15,395 nt of DNA, from contig JALGVJ010000060.1 in assembly GCA_029838195.1 (NCBI GenBank), forward strand, positions 1 to 15,395, in the 5' to 3' direction. Positions 1 to 7,155 of the stretch are shown one piece after another; the stretch's first letter is position 1, and each line of letters opens with the position of its first letter. Position numbers and translations under genes: made by a program. The notes under the pieces are model-generated. The model ran no database searches, was not told where the DNA came from, and was given only the letters and a program-made list of their open reading frames with translations. The stretch is from Promethearchaeota archaeon. Lineage in GTDB: Archaea > Asgardarchaeota > Lokiarchaeia > Sigyniarchaeales > SOKP01.

Positions 1-1208
1 TTAACGAGAGCGGCTTTTTTCCGCAGGTCAAAATAGCCCTTGAGTGCCATGCCGAGCTGGTAGAAGGCCGTTCTTCCGATGTTGCTGTGAATCCCGGTGA
101 TGTTCGAAATGGCGATTTCAAAACGCGCTTGCAGCCCTTCCAAGGAATAGTTCTTTCCTTCCTTTTGAGAATTCTTGAACGCTTGCCGGATGAATTCTTC
201 CTTGACCCGGGGTATCCGATTAATGACGTCAAGCACCTGCTCGTTGAGGTGCTTGCAAAGCAGCTTCAGGCTCCTCGTGGCAAGGGCGTGATAATCGGAA
301 AGCGAGATTTCCTCAATGGTCGGTGCCGCCATGTCCTTGAAAGCGGGCACGTCCTTGGAACTGAACTCATCGGCATTCAACCGGGGGGTCTTCCACTTGA
401 GCTGCTCAAGGGCGTTTCGCATGCACTTGATTTCTGCAGTTACTTGCCCGAGCGTTGTCAAGTGCTTGTAGGCTTGCTCTGCTGCTTCATATTTCTTCTT
501 GACGGCGCCTGAGGCTTTCGCAAGTTTCCCGCTCTTCAATCCCGACGGCTGGCCGAGTAATTTCTTGCGAAGGTGATGCAAGACCTCCAGCTTGACAACG
601 AGAGCATTCGTCGGCTCTAATAAACTTTCAGGAGCCCGCAAGCCCACCTTGTAAGTACGCATCACTTCCTTGCTTGCTTGCGGTTGTTTTCTTTTAACGG
701 GCTTGCTTGCAGTTGCCTCGGCATCCCGTTCGGCTCGCTTGGAAGGAGAAGGAATCTCATCCTTGAGGGCTCTTTTCAAGCGCTCTTTACTTGACGTGTC
801 TTGAGCTGCAAGCTTTTCCCTTCTATAATCTTCCAAAAACGCCCTCAAGTCCCGCGCTAGCCCCTCATCTTGAACCGTCCAGCCCTTGATCTTTAATTTC
901 GGGTGCCTCACTTTCTTGACGTTGCGCATCACGTCCCTTAGGTAATGAGAGAAGACGTGCCGCAAGAAGATGTAGTCATTTTGTCGAGTGCTGGATACTC
1001 GTCCGTAGAGAGCCACCTTCTTTTTCTCATGGGGCTTCGCTTTTTCCCGAAGGAACGCCAAGATGCGTGCTCTCTTGTATCGTCGATGATTGCCGGCTGT
1101 CCGGAAATCTGCTTTACATTTTCCCGAGCGGTCCCACCTTCTTAAAGGTTTAGTACTGACGCCCAATAAGGAGGCAACATGTCCGATGGAGAGAAAGAAA
1201 GAGCTCAT
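1..1208 (-). CDS. Partial ORF (>=402 aa, open at window edge): truncated IS607 TnpA N-terminus (HTH + catalytic motif) fused in frame to an unrelated Lys/Arg-rich helical region, possibly TnpB-like
   Basis: Manual translation from ATG at 1208: MSSFFLSIGHVASLLGVSTKPLRRWDRSGKCKADFRTAGNHRRY...KKVALYGRVSSTRQ|NDYIFLRHVFSHYLRDVMRNVKK...KEVMRTYKVGLRAP...MALKGYFDLRKKAALV. There is no stop down to base 1, which is probably why the ORF track omits it. Confidence 0.85.
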   Translation of the reverse strand, partial: MSSFFLSIGHVASLLGVSTKPLRRWDRSGKCKADFRTAGNHRRYKRARILAFLREKAKPHEKKKVALYGRVSSTRQNDYIFLRHVFSHYLRDVMRNVKKVRHPKLKIKGWTVQDEGLARDLRAFLEDYRREKLAAQDTSSKERLKRALKDEIPSPSKRAERDAEATASKPVKRKQPQASKEVMRTYKVGLRAPESLLEPTNALVVKLEVLHHLRKKLLGQPSGLKSGKLAKASGAVKKKYEAAEQAYKHLTTLGQVTAEIKCMRNALEQLKWKTPRLNADEFSSKDVPAFKDMAAPTIEEISLSDYHALATRSLKLLCKHLNEQVLDVINRIPRVKEEFIRQAFKNSQKEGKNYSLEGLQARFEIAISNITGIHSNIGRTAFYQLGMALKGYFDLRKKAALV

Positions 1209-1300
1209 GAAGAATGATCAGGAAAGAAAAAAAAACCCCTTTATTTTTGTGTTCAGGTCTATTTTGTCCAAAATTGGTTTGACTAGTCGACGACTGTTAT
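1..1300 (-). mobile_element. IS607-family-derived element (left part; continues beyond window start)
   Basis: Visibly GC-richer than the rest of the window. The minus-strand ORF begins with the IS607 TnpA MerR-like HTH and the serine-recombinase YGRVSS motif. Degenerate short repeats and palindromes lie at 1245-1295. The exact end is not determined. Confidence 0.75.
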
Positions 1301-1514
1301 GTATTACTTTTTCATGCATTTTTCCTCATTTTAAAAATGTTTTTTTAATTTTTGATCGATTTCCGTTATAATCTCTTATGACATGTTTCTATTTAAAAAT
1401 ATGGATCGAGCCCGCCCCTAACATAAGATGTAAATTTAATAAGTTTTAATTTATTTGGAAAAAAATTTTAAATTAATTATATTGGAATTTATAACCATAA
1501 AAAAATGAGTAACA

Positions 1515-1883
1515 ATGGAAAAAAATGAAAAATTAAGAATCTTTGCGGGAATCTTATTAATTGCATCTGCGATCACGCATAATTTACAATTAGTGGTGTA
1601 TGGAACCGAAGCACATTCGATTTTAGCCGCATTATATGGCGTTGCCTACGGCATTTTAGGCGTGTTATTACTCCTCTATAGGAGAAATCAAATTTTAGCT
1701 TTATTAGGGGGAATTATACCTGTAATTGGAGGAATCTTAGGAATTTCGAGGCTAATCCTTTTTTTCGTGATCGCAGCTGGCGTGATAAATTTCTTTATCA
1801 TCTTTCACGTGATCGTGGACGTTATTGTCGTTCCTATTTGTTGGTATGATTTTTTTGCCCTAAGGAAAAAGAATTTACCGTGA
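1515..1883 (+). CDS. Small hypothetical membrane protein (~4 TM helices)
   Basis: 122 aa with four hydrophobic segments containing polar His residues (SAITHNLQ, FHVIVD), followed by a T-rich tract. Confidence 0.75.
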   Translation: MEKNEKLRIFAGILLIASAITHNLQLVVYGTEAHSILAALYGVAYGILGVLLLLYRRNQILALLGGIIPVIGGILGISRLILFFVIAAGVINFFIIFHVIVDVIVVPICWYDFFALRKKNLP

Positions 1884-2019
1884 AATCTAAATTAAAATAA
1901 TTTTTTTGCTTTTTTATTTTGATACTAATAAAATGAATATCGAATTATAGAAAATGTAGTTCCATCTCTCTTATTTAATGTCATAGATAATAAATTTTTA
2001 TATGTAAAAGCGATAATTC

Positions 2020-3179
2020 ATAAAAATAAAAACTCGGAAAAAAAAAATAAGATACGGATTCTCTAAGCTTCTGAAAATCATTATTTTCTTCTTTATTTTC
2101 TTTTTCTATGTGGACGGGTTAAATCAAATTGAAAATTGTTTCACGTGTTTCTCTGAAGAACCGGCTGTATCACGAGAATTGAATCGCTATCAAGAAAAAT
2201 TAGATAGAGGAATAATTGCTCTTTATACAAAAGAAGGATACATGTACGTGGGATGGCGATTACTTGAATCCGACCCTGATAATATCGCCTTTAATGTGTA
2301 TAGAGACACGTTTTTGGGAAATACAATAAAATTAAATTCGGAGCTCATTAAAAGAACAACTGATTTTATTGATAAGATTCCCGTTGACAAAAAGGATGTT
2401 CGCTATTGGGTTTGTCCTATCATTAATGGAAAAGAGCAATTTCCTTCTAAAAAAACGCCAATATTAAATCAAAAAGGACAAGATTACATATCAAACCCTC
2501 TCAAGGGGAATTATACTTTTCAAAAAGTGGGAATCGCAGATTTAAATGGAGTCGGGAGCTATGATTTTGTCATAAAACAACCTAATACGGGGTTGGAAAT
2601 TTATTATGGTATTGAGGGAATTGTAGCAGATCTTTCAAAGTTTCAAAATGGAATCTGTCTAGTAAATGCTTCTAATGGGAAGATTCTTAGGGGTATAAAT
2701 GGCACTACTTTTTATGTTCATGAACAAGGATTAGTGTCTGATATAGATTCTTCTCATCCCGGAATGGAATGCTATAGCGGAGAAAAAACTATCCGAAGCG
2801 ATGGTTATTTTCCTCAGATGGAAAGTTAATTGCAAATGAAACGAGTTTTGATATTGGTTTAGTCCCTAAAGCCGTTTACTGGGATGCAGATCTTCAACGC
2901 GAGTTGGTCCATGCTGGTCGAATTTTTGATTTTGGCTCCAATAAAACACTTCTCCAAAGTCTTGAAGGTGTTCAAGTGGTATGGGCAGATATCTTGGGGG
3001 ATTGGAGGGAAGAGATCATTGTTTCGATTCCGGGGGAATTAAGGATCTATAGCACCACGATTCCCGCTAAAAATAGAAGAGCCTGTTTAATGCAAGACCC
3101 CATTTATCGAATTGATGTAGTTCATCTTTCCATGGGCTATGGTCAACCTCCTATGATCGGTTATTCCCTTGATTCTTGA
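2020..3179 (+). pseudogene. Rhamnogalacturonan lyase family 11 (PL11, YesW/YesX-like beta-propeller) pseudogene with internal deletion and frameshift
   Basis: Retains the PL11 N-terminal motif LDRGIIA..YVGWRLLESDP..AFNVYR, the Ca-loop-like ADLNGVGSYD, DIDSSHPGMEC, YWDADLQREL and the C-terminal ADILGDWREEII..LRIYST..LMQDPIYR..Y.QPP. The frame shifts at the A6 run 2783-2788, joining ORFs 2110..2829 and 2904..3179. The combined product is much shorter than typical PL11 proteins. An in-frame hydrophobic leader (KKIRYGFSKLLKIIIFFFIFFFY) lies upstream of 2110 with no ATG. Confidence 0.85.
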
Positions 3180-3295
3180 GTTTTCTAAAATGAGTATCCT
3201 TCATGATTTTTATTTCAACATGTCCTCATTCTTGGGAGTTATCCATTGATAATGGTTTTAAAAAAAAATATTAATGATTGATCTTAATTTTATTT

Positions 3296-4597
3296 ATGTC
3301 TAAAAAAGAAAAGATTGTGTTAATTGGAGCAGGGTCATTACAATTTGGTCTTGGTACAGCAGGTAGCATTTTAAAAAGCGATATTTTAAAAGGATCTTCA
3401 TTATGTCTTCATGATATTAATGCAGAATCATTAGATTTGGTATTTCAAGCTTGTAAGGCCGCAATCGAAGAAAAAAAATTAGATTTTGAATTAGAAAAAA
3501 CGACTAATCGTCAAGATGCGTTAAAAGGGGCAACCTTCATCATTAATTCGATTGAAGTCCCTCCTCGATTCGAATTATGGGATCAAGATTATCAGATTCC
3601 CAGAAAATTTGGCAATAAACAAGTTTTTGGGGAAAATGGTGGGCCAGGAGGACTCTTTCATTCCCTACGTGTCATACCTCCCATCTTAGAAATCTGTGAG
3701 GACGTAATGAAATTTTGCCCGAACGCTTTTTTCATTAATTTTTCAAATCCTATGAGCAGGATATGCTTGGCAATTCATAGAAAATTTCCTAAATTGAAAT
3801 TTGTCGGCTTATGTCATGAATTTCTTCATCATGTACCAATTGTAAGTAGGATTTTAAATACGCCCTTGTCAAATCTGGAAATTAAAGCGGGAGGATTGAA
3901 TCATTTTGGTGTCGTGCTCCAGATAAAGTATAAAGATTCAGGGAAAGATGCTTATCCAGAGCTTAGAAAAAAGGGGCCATCTCACTTGGAATCCATAAAA
4001 TTGCTTGATGGCCATGAGATTATGAAATACATCCTCAAAAAATATGGATATTGGCCTTACACAACGGACTCACACTGGGGAGAATATGTCCATTGGGCTT
4101 GGGAGTTGGCAGATATGGAAGGCATTCATCGATTTAAAAGCACGTATATTCAATCTATTGAATATGAAAGTAATAAAATTACTCGCTTAATTAAAAGAGG
4201 AAAAGGAGCTCGATTAGTCATTCCAGATAATGAACGAGCTATTCCAATAATAGAGGAAATTCTCACGGATTCTCATTATGAAGAAGCGTCTGTAAACATT
4301 CCTAATAATGATATCATAACCAATCTACCTCAAGATCTCGTAGTAGAGTGCCCAGTAATCGTGACAAAAGATGGATTAAAGGGCATTCCATTAGGAGAAT
4401 ATCCTAAAGGGTTGGCGGGTTTATTAAGAAACCAAGCTTCAGTACAAGATTTAGTCGTTGAAACCGTACTCAAGCGCTCAAAAGAAATTGCTCTGCAAGC
4501 CCTCCTGGCTGATCCCGTTGTTGATAGTTATACTCAAGCCGAACAAATATTGGAAGAAATGTTAAAAGTTCAAAAAGATTACATCCAATTAGAATAA
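3296..4597 (+). CDS. Glycoside hydrolase family 4 (NAD+/Mn2+-dependent alpha-galactosidase/alpha-glucosidase-like)
   Basis: KIVLIGAGS Rossmann motif, GENGGPGG, INFSNP, VGLCH, GLNHF, VVECP and C-terminal ALQALLADP are GH4 hallmarks. ATG at 3296 is preferred over TTG at 3278. Confidence 0.93.
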   Translation: MSKKEKIVLIGAGSLQFGLGTAGSILKSDILKGSSLCLHDINAESLDLVFQACKAAIEEKKLDFELEKTTNRQDALKGATFIINSIEVPPRFELWDQDYQIPRKFGNKQVFGENGGPGGLFHSLRVIPPILEICEDVMKFCPNAFFINFSNPMSRICLAIHRKFPKLKFVGLCHEFLHHVPIVSRILNTPLSNLEIKAGGLNHFGVVLQIKYKDSGKDAYPELRKKGPSHLESIKLLDGHEIMKYILKKYGYWPYTTDSHWGEYVHWAWELADMEGIHRFKSTYIQSIEYESNKITRLIKRGKGARLVIPDNERAIPIIEEILTDSHYEEASVNIPNNDIITNLPQDLVVECPVIVTKDGLKGIPLGEYPKGLAGLLRNQASVQDLVVETVLKRSKEIALQALLADPVVDSYTQAEQILEEMLKVQKDYIQLE

Positions 4598-4612
4598 AAT
4601 TTTAAAGAAGAA

Positions 4613-4623
4613 TTTTTTTTTTT
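4613..4623 (+). terminator. Oligo-T archaeal-type terminator after GH4 gene
   Basis: T11 run starting 16 nt after the stop codon. Confidence 0.45.
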
Positions 4624-4692
4624 AAAAACCCTTTCTTGAGAGGATTTTAATCAATAAGGAAAAACATGATAAATTAAAGAACGTGTGATTTT

Positions 4693-6009
4693 TCATTTTT
4701 CATTATTATTTATCCCTCGATGATTTTTGAAATAGTCCGAATCAAGATTGGGATAAAGTTTCTTTTTTCTACCTTCTTTTTTTATCGTTATCAAGCCCAA
4801 TTCTAATAATTTTTTCACGTGATAATGAATCGTTTTATGGTCAACTTTCAATTTATTCGTAAGAATTATATTCCAGATTCCCGGGGATTCTTCAATTAAT
4901 TCTAAAATTTCCAAGGTTAATTTGCTTTTTTTCAATTGCAAATCGAGATTACTCAAGGGATTTTTTTGATAATAGGGAAAGTAAGCTAAAAAATTTCCAA
5001 TACGCCTTTTACCAATAATTTTATAAGTTTCTAAAATATCCAAATGCCATACTAAATTTCCCGGTGATAATTCCGTTTTTCGTAATAATTCGTTAAAATG
5101 AATGCCTGGGTGCTCGAGAATGAACTCGATGATCTTGTTTCGATTTTCATTTTCTAACACTTCCTCTAAAGTTAACCGATGAGTTCCTGTCCCAATTGGA
5201 GTTAATCTCTTTTTTATGAGGTTAAGATATTCTTTTTTCGAAATTAATATAATGGTTGATAAGATTCCTATAATCAGAATTACGATCCATGAAATTACTT
5301 CTCTTGAAATCTTTGCTTCTTCCATTTCGAATATCGTGATATAATACTCCTTGTTTTCTTCCATGTTTTGAAGCGTACCGGTTAATATATTGGAAGGATT
5401 GCTATCATCGCTACTATCAAGAAGTTGAATTACCTTTAATTGGGTCGAGGATTCTTTAATTGATAATAAATTCCACGTATCTTGTCCGAATTCAAGTACG
5501 GCTATAGCGTAAGACTTATCTGGGTCTAAATCGTAAAAAAAACTTTTATTAAAAGAGAAAATGAGGGATTCAATAGTAGCATTCGCCTTGAATTGATAAA
5601 CACAGCCATAATCCCATTGTTGATTTATATTATCAGGAGGATTAAGTTTCATGGAAGAATCAAATTTGCTTAAATTCGTTCGTGCAATTACGGATAAAGA
5701 TATGGCTCGGTTATTTTCAATACGGACGGAAATTTCTCGATCATGGATTGCATCTTCATATTCCACGTAGAGTTGCACTTCCACGTTGGAAGACGCTCCA
5801 AATCTTTTATTATTTGAAAATTGATACACCACGGGTGTTTCTGGTTTAATTTTATCTTGAATTCTATTTTTTTTTGGAACTGGGATTTCCTCCGGTTTAT
5901 TTTTTCCGGGAACATCAGGTATCCCCGATGCCATTATCAGAGGAAATTGAAATATGAGGATAATAAATAATAAACTGAAAATTACACCTTTCTGATTGAT
6001 TTGCCACAT
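4693..6009 (-). CDS. Membrane-anchored one-component transcriptional regulator: N-terminal signal/anchor, extracellular beta-rich domain, TM helix, cytoplasmic tandem winged-HTH
   Basis: N-terminal hydrophobic stretch GVIFSLLFIILIF, TM VISWIVILIIGILSTIILIS, then two wHTH units (ENENRNKIIEFILEHPGIHFNEL..LSPGNLVWHLDILE; ILELIEESPGI..VDHKTIHYHVKKLLELGLI). Confidence 0.88.
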   Translation of the reverse strand: MWQINQKGVIFSLLFIILIFQFPLIMASGIPDVPGKNKPEEIPVPKKNRIQDKIKPETPVVYQFSNNKRFGASSNVEVQLYVEYEDAIHDREISVRIENNRAISLSVIARTNLSKFDSSMKLNPPDNINQQWDYGCVYQFKANATIESLIFSFNKSFFYDLDPDKSYAIAVLEFGQDTWNLLSIKESSTQLKVIQLLDSSDDSNPSNILTGTLQNMEENKEYYITIFEMEEAKISREVISWIVILIIGILSTIILISKKEYLNLIKKRLTPIGTGTHRLTLEEVLENENRNKIIEFILEHPGIHFNELLRKTELSPGNLVWHLDILETYKIIGKRRIGNFLAYFPYYQKNPLSNLDLQLKKSKLTLEILELIEESPGIWNIILTNKLKVDHKTIHYHVKKLLELGLITIKKEGRKKKLYPNLDSDYFKNHRGINNNEK

Positions 6010-6188
6010 TATTTCTAAATAATAATATAATAATTTAAATGTTCTTAAAATTTAAAAAATGCCTTTTTTTTAAATCTAAATGAGTGGTACCTCTTTTCTG
6101 GAAATCATATCTTCTTTTTAATTTTTTGGTATTTGAATAGATTTATTAAATTTTCATGAAATAAAATAAAAAAAAATTGATTTAATTA

Positions 6189-6950
6189 TTATTTTCTCCT
6201 CCTAATAACAATTACAATTACAATAGTAGCAACAATGGCTACTGCAGCCACGAGAGAACCAATGATGATATTTTGAGAATTTACTGTTGGGATCAGCACC
6301 GTCCATGTGGAAAAATGGTTAGTTTCCGCAACCAAATATCCTTCTTGCTCCATGGTTTGGACCGGTACCCATTCTCCAGTAACATTATCATAATACGCCC
6401 AAGTTCCTCCTTGATTATTTTCATTCGCTTTAATTTTTAATTGAGCTTTAAATTCACCTTCACATTCAATTTGGGCTACAAAACCTTCTTGATATCGATG
6501 TTGCACTCGATTTCGAACCTGCACGGTACTTCCATTTATTAAACCTAATTCCTCTTGTTCACCAGTACATGTCATTGTCATGGAAAGTTCTTTATCCTTA
6601 TCGCCTACTTGAATATCAATTTCAAATTCCTTAGTACCAATCGAATTTACATCGCAATTGATGTTAATATTTATGTTATTGGAAGAATTTATCGTTATGC
6701 GCGTTTGGTGCTGAAATTCAAATGTAGTTCTCACGCCCGCTTGGACTCTATCTCGTACTGTATTGCCCGCAACTGCCTTCTCTCTATATTTTGATCCGGT
6801 TTCTCGTCCAGTTTCTCGTCCAGCCGATCCGTTTTGGTCCTTATCGATATAAATCTCTTCAGCATTTGCAATGATTAAGGAGCTGCTTAGCATGAAAAAA
6901 ATCATGAAGAGAATCAATCCATTTGTCCATTTTTTCTTAATTCCAAGCAT
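6189..6950 (-). CDS. Secreted, C-terminally anchored surface protein with GAIN/GPS-like HFS motif
   Basis: Signal peptide (KKKW..LILFMIFFML..ANA), beta-rich domain, WAYYD...EW..V......L.AETNHFSTWTVL, then a TM helix and an RRRK stop-transfer tail. Confidence 0.85.
   Translation of the reverse strand: MLGIKKKWTNGLILFMIFFMLSSSLIIANAEEIYIDKDQNGSAGRETGRETGSKYREKAVAGNTVRDRVQAGVRTTFEFQHQTRITINSSNNINININCDVNSIGTKEFEIDIQVGDKDKELSMTMTCTGEQEELGLINGSTVQVRNRVQHRYQEGFVAQIECEGEFKAQLKIKANENNQGGTWAYYDNVTGEWVPVQTMEQEGYLVAETNHFSTWTVLIPTVNSQNIIIGSLVAAVAIVATIVIVIVIRRRK
6799..6822. repeat. 12-bp perfect tandem duplication (GTTTCTCGTCCA x2), in frame, giving GRETGRET
   Basis: Directly visible in the sequence. 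Confidence 0.9.
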
Positions 6951-7023
6951 TATTATATCACTTTTTTTTAAATTTATTGAGGCTTGAAAGATGAAAATAA
7001 AATGAATTTAAAACCCTTTAAGG

Positions 7024-7061
7024 TATAAATTTCCCCATGTTTTCAATATCCCCCTTGAAAA
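7024..7061 (-). promoter_or_regulatory. Candidate BRE/TATA (GGGAAA-TTTATA on minus strand) with an adjacent perfect inverted repeat TTTTCAA-N8-TTGAAAA
   Basis: IR at 7040-7061 lies 4 bp upstream of the putative BRE (7035-7030) and TATA (7029-7024). The TATA could also be read on the plus strand toward DUF763. Confidence 0.4.
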
Positions 7062-7155
7062 ATTAATAAACCATTCGGGTCTCCTTAATTTTTAATCATG
7101 TTAATAATTATTTTATATCGTGCTTTTTATTGCTAAATAATGTAATTTAAACATC

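Noticed and set aside
87-1371. Plus-strand ORFs 87..512, 945..1145 and 1090..1371
   Set aside because: Antisense shadows of the minus-strand IS607-derived ORF, with no recognisable motifs.
2110-3179. ORFs 2110..2829 and 2904..3179 as two independent genes
   Set aside because: They are consecutive parts of one PL11 gene joined by a single-base frameshift.
4622-4650. Hairpin between the convergent GH4 and regulator genes
   Set aside because: The stem is imperfect and AT-rich, and the oligo-T tract already explains termination.
6799-6822. GRETGRET repeat as a functional motif
   Set aside because: Only two copies, in a probably flexible N-terminal linker; most likely a neutral slippage duplication.
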